Shown here piece after piece: positions 17,410-25,673 of a stretch of 34,912 nucleotides of DNA. This DNA comes from Rickettsiales bacterium. Lineage in GTDB: Bacteria; Pseudomonadota; Alphaproteobacteria; Rickettsiales; CAIPFW01. A model generated the notes under the pieces. The model was not told the DNA's origin. It did no database searches and saw only the letters and a program-made list of their open reading frames with translations. Every line of letters begins with the position of its first letter. Within the stretch, counting starts at the first letter, position 1. The stretch covers positions 1-34,912 of the forward strand of contig JBIKUW010000001.1 of assembly GCA_044347385.1 (NCBI GenBank), given 5' to 3'. The translations under genes were made by a program, and so were the position numbers.

Positions 17410-18576
17410 TTACTTAAACCTCTCATACAATTGTTGTAATTTTTCTAACAAAATATCAATATCTTTCTTTTTGGAAACAACACTCAAGCTCACGCGAACT
17501 GCACATTTCCTAATCTGTTCATCAAATCCCATAGCGGACAAAACATATGAATCTTCATCAAGGCCAGCAGAACAAGCAGATCCGGTCCCAACATAAACTT
17601 TATTTGAGTTATAAAACATCAGCTGAGTTTTCGCATCCAAACCAGAAATTGCGAAATAACTAGTGTTCCAAATCCTTTGACCATTCTCTGAAAAAATTGT
17701 TAAATCTTTTGGTGAAACTATCTCTTTCAATTTCCCCTCAAAATATTTTATCAGATTTTCTTCGCAATCTATTTTCTCCTCATAAATTTCATTCAAAGCC
17801 ACTTTCATGGAATAAATCGCCATCACGTTCTCCGTCCCAGCTCTAAGATTATATTCCTGAGATCCACCAAGAATCATTGGCTTCATAGCTATCGTTTTTC
17901 TATAAATCAAAGCTCCAGCACCAACCATCGCACCAAATTTATATCCTATAACTGTCGCTAAATCAATATCAAGTTTTTGAAAATCTAGATCATTTAAATC
18001 TCTCAACTTCCCCAGCCCCTGCGCAATATCACTATGAATCACAACGTTATCATGAACTAATCTAACATGTTTCACAATTTCAGAAAGATTATTAATAACA
18101 CCAGTCTCATTATTAACATAAATAATACTAAGAAAAATTTTCTTATTTTGATTATTCTTTAAAATTTCAATCAGCTTTTCTAGATCAATATTTCCGCAAG
18201 AATCCACCGAAGCGATCAAAAAATTTCTCTTGTTTTGAATTGGATATAAAACAGATTTGTGTTCCGCCGCACTACATATATGCAAATCAAAGTCACCAAA
18301 ATTCGCTCTCTCAATTGCTAAATTATTCGCCTCGCTACCACCACTTGTAAAAATCACATCGTAATCATTTTTGCAATTCAAATATTTTTTCAAACAATCA
18401 CGTGTATCCTCAACAAAACCGTTTGCTTGCTGACCCAAATAATGAATTGATGATGGATTCAACGGATGATCAATAAAATTGATTACCATCTCACGAACTT
18501 TTGGCAAAACTTTAGAATATGAATTTGAATCTAAATATATATAATTGTCTTTTATTATTTTCAAATCATTTATCAT
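17410..18576 (-). CDS. cysteine desulfurase (NifS/IscS family, class V aminotransferase fold)
   Basis: FTSGGSEANN, the D..Q motif HSDIAQGLG, the PLP-lysine region IGYKFG..GAGALIYRK, RAGTEN, and the active-site Cys loop GTGSACSAG. Its start abuts the regulator stop (TAGATG). Confidence 0.85.
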   Translation of the reverse strand: MINDLKIIKDNYIYLDSNSYSKVLPKVREMVINFIDHPLNPSSIHYLGQQANGFVEDTRDCLKKYLNCKNDYDVIFTSGGSEANNLAIERANFGDFDLHICSAAEHKSVLYPIQNKRNFLIASVDSCGNIDLEKLIEILKNNQNKKIFLSIIYVNNETGVINNLSEIVKHVRLVHDNVVIHSDIAQGLGKLRDLNDLDFQKLDIDLATVIGYKFGAMVGAGALIYRKTIAMKPMILGGSQEYNLRAGTENVMAIYSMKVALNEIYEEKIDCEENLIKYFEGKLKEIVSPKDLTIFSENGQRIWNTSYFAISGLDAKTQLMFYNSNKVYVGTGSACSAGLDEDSYVLSAMGFDEQIRKCAVRVSLSVVSKKKDIDILLEKLQQLYERFK

Positions 18577-19050
18577 CTACAACTTCAATCCAAATTTGTC
18601 CAAAATCTTTTGCCTATAATCCCCACCTTCTTCAAGCCACACAATCATCTCCTCCATAGTTATATTTTTCAAAAAATGACTAAAATAGATTGTTAAAGCG
18701 CCCCAAACACCATGATTCAAACATCGATCTCCTTTCTGTTTGTGATTGCACGGATAATCCTTTCCTTTCATGCTACACATAGTCATTTTTACAGATTCAC
18801 CACTTGCAAGAACAATATCAAACATTGTCATGTCTTTTGGATCTTTTATCAGCTTGTAACCTCCGCCTTTTCCTCTAAAAGATTCCAAAAAACCAGCATT
18901 CTTCATAAAATTACAAAGTCTCTTCACATATTCTAACTTGATCTGCTGTCTTTCAGAAATATCAACAGGACTCACAACTTCAGAATTGCCATACTTTGCA
19001 ATATCTGTTAGAATCATGAGAATATAACGAGCCTTTGATGTCAAAAACAT
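18577..19050 (-). CDS. iscR: Rrf2-family transcriptional regulator, IscR-like
   Basis: N-terminal winged-helix segment (SKARYILMILTDIAKY...ISERQQI...Y.....C..MKNAGF.ES.RGKGGGY.L). Three Cys (CSMKGKDYPCNHKQKGDRC) are followed by LNHGVW, resembling the IscR cluster-ligand region but with wider spacing. Confidence 0.75.
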   Translation of the reverse strand: MFLTSKARYILMILTDIAKYGNSEVVSPVDISERQQIKLEYVKRLCNFMKNAGFLESFRGKGGGYKLIKDPKDMTMFDIVLASGESVKMTMCSMKGKDYPCNHKQKGDRCLNHGVWGALTIYFSHFLKNITMEEMIVWLEEGGDYRQKILDKFGLKL

Positions 19051-19173
19051 GGATATAAAAATATTAATAAAAAGTTATACAAGAAGTTTAATATAGCTAA
19101 TCCGATTGGTCAATTATTTTCTAATAAAATAAATCACAATATCTCTCAAAATATAAACAAACTTTAAATCAAT

Positions 19174-19680
19174 ATGGGACCAAGTTCTTCAAAAAATAAA
19201 AATATACAAATATCTGAAATAGAATCTTTAGAAGAAAAATTAAAAATCCATAAAGTAAAACATAATTTGGAACTCGGCCTTGGAATATCAGGAATGATCA
19301 ATGAGATGGGTAAAATCCCACTTCACGAATATACAAAAAATTTCACTGACGAATCAAACGTAAAATCTACCTTTATCTCGCGCTACATTCAATTTTTAAT
19401 TGAATTTTGCGATGATTTGCAAAAATTAATAAACAAACAATATTCTAACATCGAAGATCATGATGAAAAAATAAAATTTTTACACGAAGAAACTCAAGAG
19501 GAAAACTTCCTTAGAACAACAAAAGAAATGCATCTTGATAAAATAGAAATTTTTTCATTCAGATCAGTGAATTGCAAATCTTGGCTTGAAGAAACTCTTG
19601 AATATTGCAAAACTCATGTCAATTCAACATTAACTTTGAGAGAAGCAATTTTAAATGAAGAATTTCAAATCCCTCTTTAA
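19174..19680 (+). CDS. hypothetical soluble protein
   Basis: 168-codon ATG ORF in an otherwise ORF-free interval. No motif recognised. Confidence 0.45.
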   Translation: MGPSSSKNKNIQISEIESLEEKLKIHKVKHNLELGLGISGMINEMGKIPLHEYTKNFTDESNVKSTFISRYIQFLIEFCDDLQKLINKQYSNIEDHDEKIKFLHEETQEENFLRTTKEMHLDKIEIFSFRSVNCKSWLEETLEYCKTHVNSTLTLREAILNEEFQIPL

Positions 19681-19694
19681 TTGATTAAAATGTA

Positions 19695-19770
19695 TTGTCA
19701 TCCTATAATTAGAATTGTCATCCCAGTGCTTTTCAACTTTTCATCCTAGTGTGATACACACGCGTAGAAG
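19695..19770 (+). repeat. degenerate fragments of the TTGTCATYCCAG palindromic element (solo 5' ends)
   Basis: TTGTCATCCTAT at 19695, TTGTCATCCCAGTGCTT at 19715, and TCATCCTAGTGTGATACACACGCG at 19741. The last resembles the 5' end of the copy at 23608. Confidence 0.5.
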
Positions 19771-19774
19771 TAAA

Positions 19775-19874
19775 TTGTCATCCCAGTTGAACGAAGTGAA
19801 ACGTGGAATCCTTTGATGTTTGAGAAATGCATCCCTAATTCCTGCTAAGATCCTATGCTTAATAACAAGGACAA
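19775..19874 (+). repeat. RPE/MITE-like palindromic element, short form
   Basis: TTGTCATCCCAGTT...AACGTGGAATCC...CATCCCTAATTCCTGCTAAGATCCTATGC...AAGGACAA, with a degenerate 3' terminus. Confidence 0.75.
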
Positions 19875-19917
19875 CGTCCTTATAAATGTCATTTCAGTCT
19901 TTTCAAAATAATAAATA

Positions 19918-20002
19918 TTGTCATCCCAGGAATTTATTCCGTGGGATCCATTAAGGTCATTCCCCAAACAGCTAAATAACAAGTATCTGCCTGAAATGAC
20001 AT
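19918..20002 (+). repeat. RPE/MITE-like palindromic element, short form (AGGTCATTCCCC subfamily)
   Basis: TTGTCATCCCAGG...CGTGGGATCCATTAAGGTCATTCCCCA...CTGAAATGACAT. It shares its core with the copy at 24053..24150. Confidence 0.7.
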
Positions 20003-20106
20003 TTATATTAAAAAAAAATATTCTCACCCCCTCTCCGAACATCAATATTAACAAGATTTTACCTTCAATAAATTAAAATAAGCGCACTACTATTTTCTTG
20101 TGAAAA

Positions 20107-20967
20107 ATGCATTGCTTGCTAAAATACATTCTCATATTACTATTTCCATCGTTATTTTTAGTGAGCGTTTTACTACTACCACACCATGAATTAATTGACA
20201 TTCATGAAGATTGCTACATTTACAAAGTGAAAAGAAGTTTTCAAAACGAAAAAATTTGCCTACGATTCACCAGATTGTCCGATGATTCGCAAAGCTTCCA
20301 AGGATGCGTTTATTCAGATTATAATAATAAAGAATTGGCCTGCAATTACACTAAATTAACTCTAGCATCTCTATATTTTTCCCCTAAACCAAAAAACATT
20401 CTTATCTTAGGTCTTGGAGTTGGAACTTTACCAAGAACATTTTCTGAAATATTTCCAAATTCTCGCATCGATGTTGTTGACATAAACAAAAACTTGAATT
20501 ACGTCAATCAAAAATATTTCAATTTTAATATCAATGACTATTCAAATATTTTTTTTCATCTAGCAGATGGTTTTGATTTCGTTAAAAATACAAAAATTGA
20601 AAATAAAAAATATGATCTGATCATCAACGACATGTTTGGTGAAGATTACATTCCAAAAAAATTTTTGACAAATGAGTATGTCAATGATTTGAAATCAATC
20701 ATTTCCGATGATGGAATCGTTGTTTATAACAGTTTTACAAAAAGCAAAACACGTGAACTTGAAGACAAGTTAATCAATGACAATTTTGGTAAACATTATG
20801 TCTATTTGGACAACAATAATAAAATTATTATCACAAATAAAGATAATGAAAAAATATCAATGAAAAAGATTGATAAAAATGATCAAAATTTTTCATATTT
20901 CAAAGAAATTCTGATCAAATATGGCGTGAATGGTGAGAAATTAATAGAAGAAATTAAATATAATTAA
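20107..20967 (+). CDS. class I SAM-dependent methyltransferase fold protein, spermidine-synthase-like, with N-terminal TM anchor
   Basis: ILILGLGVGTLP (motif I), the acidic-loop residue in IDVVDIN, and ADGFDF...YDLIINDMF. This spacing is typical of spermine/spermidine synthase-like proteins. The N-terminus LLKYILILLFPSLFLVSVLLL is hydrophobic. Confidence 0.55.
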   Translation: MHCLLKYILILLFPSLFLVSVLLLPHHELIDIHEDCYIYKVKRSFQNEKICLRFTRLSDDSQSFQGCVYSDYNNKELACNYTKLTLASLYFSPKPKNILILGLGVGTLPRTFSEIFPNSRIDVVDINKNLNYVNQKYFNFNINDYSNIFFHLADGFDFVKNTKIENKKYDLIINDMFGEDYIPKKFLTNEYVNDLKSIISDDGIVVYNSFTKSKTRELEDKLINDNFGKHYVYLDNNNKIIITNKDNEKISMKKIDKNDQNFSYFKEILIKYGVNGEKLIEEIKYN

Positions 20968-20971
20968 TCTT

Positions 20972-22174
20972 TTAAAGAGAACCACTTTTCTCACTTCCAC
21001 ATCCTTTACGAAACCCACTAAGAAAATTCATCATAACCGATGGTTTATTTGCTCCCCTCCCATTGGTGATAAGTTCCTTATTATTTGCATCTTTATTCTG
21101 TGCTTTGCCACCATTTTCTACTGATTCGCTTTTAGATTCAGAAGCTTCAGAAGTGACTTTATTATCCCAACTACTTGTTGTACTATCACTTCTTACCTTG
21201 GAAACGCTCTTTTGCGACCAAGTACTGGTATCAAATATAGAAAATTTCTTTTCTCCGTTTTCGTCCTTTTTTGTTTCTACTTCCACTTCAGAACCTTTGC
21301 CCTGTACTTGACCTAATGCATCAGTGCTTTTTAATTCTATACCATTAGGAACTGCAACATCAGAAGCGTTGCTAACTTTAGCTTTAACTTTAGCTTTTGT
21401 ACCTGCTTCTGGACCTTTGTTCGCATTTCTAAAAAAAGAAAAAAGTCCGCTCTTTTCATTATTTGCAGTTAATTTAGCTAATTCTTTCTCTGCTTCTTCT
21501 TTTGCTTTATTTGCTTCAAATAATTCTGCTTTCAATTTTTCTATTATTTCTTGACTACTTTCAACAACTACTGCAACACTTGCATTTGCACTTGCACTCT
21601 CAGCTCCTGTAACTTGAGCACTAGTCATCGAACCAATATTTGAATTATTGTCAATCTTAGAAGTATCAACTACTGCTATAGGAGCAGCAACTACTACTGT
21701 AGGAGTAGAACTCTTAAATCCAGCGCTAGAAGTAAAAATCTCAAATCCAGCTTTACTAATCTCAATAGTTGGAGCATTTGTTTCTTCTTGTTTGTTCTGG
21801 CCCCCCAACACTTTGATTTCTTCTATATTAAGATCTTGATGATCAACATCTTCATCAAATGAAACATGATCTTTAAACTCCTCGTCTGTTTCGACAACTG
21901 ATTTGCTGTGTTCGTCTACTAAATTTTTAGCTTCATCTAAATTATTATCTACACCACCACTCACTTGAGCTTGATTTTCTGCTCTTGCATTCTCATCAAT
22001 AATTTCAGCAGTTGTTTCAATAACATCGCTGTTATTTGCATTTTCAACTGAAACTTCCTTTGAACCTCCCGTAGCAGGACCATCATTTACATTATTAGAT
22101 TGAGCGCTACTCGCATCACCAGAAATCGTTTGCGTCAATTGTTTGTCATTTTGTACTTGTACTTGTGTCTCCAT
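20972..22174 (-). CDS. hypothetical acidic A/S/V/G/E-rich low-complexity protein
   Basis: 400-codon ATG ORF, visibly more G+C-rich than its surroundings. No TM segment or signal peptide. Short coiled-coil segment IIEKLKAELFEANKAKEEAEKELAKL. The antisense ORFs 21063..21839 are mirror frames. Confidence 0.55.
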   Translation of the reverse strand: METQVQVQNDKQLTQTISGDASSAQSNNVNDGPATGGSKEVSVENANNSDVIETTAEIIDENARAENQAQVSGGVDNNLDEAKNLVDEHSKSVVETDEEFKDHVSFDEDVDHQDLNIEEIKVLGGQNKQEETNAPTIEISKAGFEIFTSSAGFKSSTPTVVVAAPIAVVDTSKIDNNSNIGSMTSAQVTGAESASANASVAVVVESSQEIIEKLKAELFEANKAKEEAEKELAKLTANNEKSGLFSFFRNANKGPEAGTKAKVKAKVSNASDVAVPNGIELKSTDALGQVQGKGSEVEVETKKDENGEKKFSIFDTSTWSQKSVSKVRSDSTTSSWDNKVTSEASESKSESVENGGKAQNKDANNKELITNGRGANKPSVMMNFLSGFRKGCGSEKSGSL

Positions 22175-22342
22175 ACTCGTTACTAATTAAATTTTTCTTA
22201 ATCATAGTTTATACTTAAAGAAAAGTCAATATTTCTTTAATAATTGTTATTATTTTTTTATTTACTGAATTAACCTTTACCATTTTATGATTTTTTACAA
22301 ACTATGTTATAATAGTTTTATTGTTATTAAAATCTTTCTCCA

Positions 22343-23326
22343 ATGATGAAGAAAATATTGTTTGCGATCTTATTTTTGCTAATTGTTTTCGGCGGTGGAG
22401 CTGGATATGTCATTTATCAAAATGTTGTACAATTTCAAAATAACCTTTCGGAACCAGTAATTTTCGTCATAGAAAAAGGAGATTCCATAGATCAAATTAG
22501 TTGGAAAATGGTCAATGCTGGTGTCGCCCATGATCTTTCATCAACAAAATATTTTCTCAAAGCTGTCTCTGTACAAAAACATTTACAATTTGGAGAATAC
22601 ATCGTTGAACCTCACGAAAAGTTCACTAATGTTGTCAATAAAGTTGTAAACGGAAGAGTCTATATCAGGAAAATGAGAATTTCCAGTGGTTTGACCAATC
22701 GTGAAATCTTCAAAATTATAGACAGCAATAAACATCTTTCAGGAACATATGATAAAAAATCTATTATTGAAGGAACTATTTTTGCTGATACTTATACCTA
22801 TCGTGCTGGTGAATCTCGTCAAAAACTTGTTGATCAAATGGTTCAATCTACAACGAAAAAGCTATGGCAAGAGTGGCGCGCACGCGATCGATCCGTCCCA
22901 TACACTTCAATGTTCGACGCATTAATTCTCGCATCTATAATCGAAAAGGAAGCTTTTTATTTTGATGATAAAAAAAGGGTTGCCTCAGTTTTTATAAATA
23001 GATTGCGCGTTGGTCAAAAACTTCAATCTGATCCCACAGTTCAGTATCACGTTGACCTCATTCACGGTAAAAAGATGAAGCTTTTAAAAAGTCATTTTTC
23101 TCTTCCATCTCATCACAGCACCTATTATAAAAATGGTCTTCCATTAACCGCAATTTGCAATCCAAGCATTGCATCAATTCATGCAGCTCTTCATCCTGAG
23201 AAAACGAGCTATTATTATTTTATTTCAATGCCGAACAACCTACGTCTATTTTTTAGTAAAAATGGTCGTGAGCATTTGAATTATGTAAGTAAGATGTATC
23301 AGATGAGAAGAGAATTTGGGGAATAG
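22343..23326 (+). CDS. mltG: endolytic murein transglycosylase MltG (YceG family)
   Basis: N-terminal TM segment. YceG signatures are EG.IF.DTY, LILASIIEKEA (catalytic Glu), VF.NRL..G..LQSDPTV.Y, and YNTY-like STYYKNGLP..AICNP. Confidence 0.88.
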   Translation: MMKKILFAILFLLIVFGGGAGYVIYQNVVQFQNNLSEPVIFVIEKGDSIDQISWKMVNAGVAHDLSSTKYFLKAVSVQKHLQFGEYIVEPHEKFTNVVNKVVNGRVYIRKMRISSGLTNREIFKIIDSNKHLSGTYDKKSIIEGTIFADTYTYRAGESRQKLVDQMVQSTTKKLWQEWRARDRSVPYTSMFDALILASIIEKEAFYFDDKKRVASVFINRLRVGQKLQSDPTVQYHVDLIHGKKMKLLKSHFSLPSHHSTYYKNGLPLTAICNPSIASIHAALHPEKTSYYYFISMPNNLRLFFSKNGREHLNYVSKMYQMRREFGE

Positions 23327-23364
23327 ATTTATCATTTTTTATTGTCATTCCAATGTTTTTTAAC

Positions 23365-23596
23365 TTGTCATCCCATTGCTTCAGCACGTGACCAACGAGA
23401 GAGCAACATAGGTTGCGACATATTGGAGTTACTCGGGGAACAAAGAATTCTTTAGAATTCGTAGTGAGGACGAGAATCCATTGAGTCATTCCAGTTTCAT
23501 TTATTAAACGTTGAATCCTCTGAGAAATTAGTAATCTATTTATCACATTCCTCTTTTCTGATAAGATCCTACGCTTTTACAAAGCTAGGATGACAA
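23365..23596 (+). repeat. RPE/MITE-like palindromic element, long form carrying a nested insertion
   Basis: TTGTCATCCCATTG...CACGTG [84-bp insert 23391..23474] AATCC...CATTCCTCTTTTCTGATAAGATCCTACGC...CTAGGATGACAA. Confidence 0.75.
23391..23474 (+). repeat. nested second-order element (GAGAGAGCAACATAGGTTGCGACA...GAGTTACTCGG...CGAG)
   Basis: It interrupts the ACGTG|AATCC junction, which is contiguous in short-form copies. Contains the GCAAC-ATAG-GTTGC hairpin. Has an expanded loop relative to the 59-bp copies. Confidence 0.6.
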
Positions 23597-23607
23597 CGAC
23601 TTTTAAC

Positions 23608-23929
23608 TTGTCATTCCAGTGTGGCACACACGTGGGATCCATTCAGTCTTTTTCAAATGTATCAGAAATGTTCTGATGGAATCCTATGCATTTCTCTTTG
23701 TGGCTTTGCCATCGATTTTAATGTCATATGATTGATGAGGAATTCCAGTGGACTTACGCAAGGGATTACCAACAACTTTAGTTGTTGAATAGTAATCAGT
23801 CAACTGGAGTGAGCTTTTATATTGCCCGAAGAGTTTGAGAGATTGAATCTCTCAAATATCCGTCCCATTTAAGAAGGGACTCTCTAGTTCCAATAAGCGA
23901 CTCTTTTGCTTTCATGCTTAGGATGACAA
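23608..23929 (+). repeat. composite repeat: short-form 5' part (23608 to about 23719) followed by a variant element with a hairpin-dense core, ending CTTAGGATGACAA
   Basis: Begins TTGTCATTCCAGTGTGGCACACACGTGGGATCC. The junction string AGGATGACAACGACTTTTAACTTGTCATT occurs identically at both of its boundaries (23587.. and 23920..). The internal boundaries are uncertain. Confidence 0.55.
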
Positions 23930-23940
23930 CGACTTTTAAC

Positions 23941-24044
23941 TTGTCATTATAGTTGAGTGTAACGAAGGTGTGTAATCTCTTCAGGCCATCCCTAATTCCT
24001 CATAAGATCCTACGCCACTAGCAAGTACGTGGCTAGGATGACAA
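23941..24044 (+). repeat. RPE/MITE-like palindromic element, short form
   Basis: TTGTCATTATAGTTG...CATCCCTAATTCCTCATAAGATCCTACGCCACTAGCAAGTACGTGGCTAGGATGACAA. The 3' 50 nt are identical to the copy ending at 24333. Confidence 0.75.
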
Positions 24045-24052
24045 AACATTAA

Positions 24053-24150
24053 TGTCATTCCAGTGCTTTAGCACGTGGAATCTTTACAGGTCATTTCCCC
24101 ATCCTGACAAGATCCTACGTTTAATAACAGGTATTAAACTAGGATGACAT
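24053..24150 (+). repeat. RPE/MITE-like palindromic element, short form
   Basis: TGTCATTCCAGTGCTTTAGCACGTGGAATCT...AGGTCATTTCCCCATCCTGACAAGATCCTACGT...CTAGGATGACAT. Confidence 0.75.
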
Positions 24151-24158
24151 TTTGCCTT

Positions 24159-24333
24159 CGTCATTCCAGTTGTGAGCTTGATCACAACGTGGAAAAGAGA
24201 GAGCAACATAGGTTGCGACACACGAGTTACTCGGCGAAGAATGAGGCCGAGAATCCTGTTAGCTCTTTACAGATGCATCACTAATTCCTCATAAGATCCT
24301 ACGCCACTAGCAAGTACGTGGCTAGGATGACAA
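24159..24333 (+). repeat. RPE/MITE-like palindromic element, long form with 59-bp nested insertion; near-identical inverted twin at 27741..27915
   Basis: CGTCATTCCAGTTGTGAGCTTGATCACAACGTGG [insert 24193..24251] AATCCTG...CATCACTAATTCCTCATAAGATCCTACGCC...CTAGGATGACAA. Confidence 0.85.
24193..24251 (+). repeat. nested second-order element, 59-bp form
   Basis: AAAAGAGAGAGCAACATAGGTTGCGACACACGAGTTACTCGGCGAAGAATGAGGCCGAG, with two internal perfect hairpins (GCAAC/GTTGC and CTCGGC/GCCGAG). It splits ACGTGG|AATCC. Confidence 0.65.
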
Positions 24334-24465
24334 TACTTTTTCACTCTTACAACCCACTGCCTGTCGATTATGTAATAATTATTATTATATAAAAATAATA
24401 CATCACCTCAAAATAAATAATCTAAACTCCTAAAACACTTCTTCAATTTTTTCCAATAAATTACT

Positions 24466-25050
24466 TTAAGATGATAACATTTCAACCGTTAAATTATTAT
24501 TCGTATAAATACATAAATCCCCAGCTATTTTCATAGATTTTCTAACAATTTGCTCAGCATCAAAATCAGTATTTTCAAACAAAGCTAGAGCTGCAGAAAA
24601 CGCATAATTTCCACCAGAACCTATAGCAGAAATTCCATGCTCTGGCTCCATAACATCACCATTTCCACTCAAAGTTAAGATTTCTTCAGTATTTGCAACA
24701 ATAAGCATCGCCTCTAAACGACGCAAAACTTTATCATTTCTCCAATCTTTCGCCAACTCAATACAAGCTCGAGTCAACTGCATAGGATGTTTTTCCAATT
24801 TCGCTTCTAATCGTTCTGCCAAAGCAAATCCATCAGCAGCCGAACCAGCAAAACCAATTAAAACGTTATGCTTTTCCAATTTTCTCACCTTCTTCGCCGT
24901 ACCCTTCACAACAGTATGGCCAAGAGTAACCTGACCATCACTACACATTACAACTTTATTCCCCCTCTTCACGCATAAAATCGTTGTGGAATAAATCTCA
25001 TTTGGATTTTTTTGCATACGCAAATCTTCAATTGAAAAACTCATAATCAA
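24466..25050 (-). CDS. hslV: ATP-dependent protease HslVU, peptidase subunit HslV
   Basis: [23 protein letters not shown] (catalytic Thr region), [24 protein letters not shown], and GSGGNYA. The catalytic Thr lies 21 codons after the track start. Alternative starts are Met3 (25044) and Met12 (25017). Confidence 0.92.
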   Translation of the reverse strand: MIMSFSIEDLRMQKNPNEIYSTTILCVKRGNKVVMCSDGQVTLGHTVVKGTAKKVRKLEKHNVLIGFAGSAADGFALAERLEAKLEKHPMQLTRACIELAKDWRNDKVLRRLEAMLIVANTEEILTLSGNGDVMEPEHGISAIGSGGNYAFSAALALFENTDFDAEQIVRKSMKIAGDLCIYTNNNLTVEMLSS

Positions 25051-25102
25051 TACTATTATAATTAATATTATATTAATTGATTTTTCTCAATTATCAAGTG
25101 TC

Positions 25103-25528
25103 TTATTTTTTGACGGTCTCACTCTTTCCATTACTACCATATTCAAAAGTTTGATCTAGAGGTTTTTCACTTGTATCTGAATCAGAACTCATTGCATTAA
25201 ATCTTTTCTCTAAATCTTCTTGACTTAATTCTTGGTCTTTATTCCAGTCAAATTTTCCTTCTGCTCTTTTTGCAACCTTTTTATTACTATTTTCTTCAGA
25301 TCTATAATTCATACCCTGACTTGTTGTAATTTCATCTTCCCACGCAGGACCTTGCAAATCATCTATCTGACCCTCTTTCCGCTCTATATTATTTTTTCGA
25401 CGACTTAGAAATACAGCAGTAAATATCACACCGACGATAATAAGTGCAATAGAACCACTAATAATTAATCCTGATGCAACAGGATTATCTTTAATCAAAA
25501 GACCAAATTGTTCAATATCTTTTTTCAT
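25103..25528 (-). CDS. hypothetical single-pass membrane protein with acidic, Ser-rich tail
   Basis: 141-codon ATG ORF. TM segment SGLIISGSIALIIVGVIFTAVFL is followed by RRKNN (positive-inside). Confidence 0.5.
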   Translation of the reverse strand: MKKDIEQFGLLIKDNPVASGLIISGSIALIIVGVIFTAVFLSRRKNNIERKEGQIDDLQGPAWEDEITTSQGMNYRSEENSNKKVAKRAEGKFDWNKDQELSQEDLEKRFNAMSSDSDTSEKPLDQTFEYGSNGKSETVKK

Positions 25529-25673
25529 AATTTCTTAATTTAACTTAACACATTATCTATGATGCACTAAATAAATTAAAAATACAAATTATTTTTAAAA
25601 AAATATTAAAAATTTTCCAAAATTTTAAAAACAAGTGTATTATCATCAACTACATCATACAATAAATAAAAAT

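Noticed and set aside
23253-23546. 97-aa ORF (and 19845..20054, 69 aa) running through repeat clusters
   Set aside because: These frames exist only because the palindromic elements lack stops in one frame. They overlap the mltG 3' end or lie entirely in repeats. I cannot show that they are RPE-style coding insertions.
23342-24333. Could the clustered repeats be a CRISPR array?
   Set aside because: The units are 85-230 bp and abut each other without unique spacers of regular length. They are internally palindromic over their whole length and occur in both orientations. No cas genes are present.
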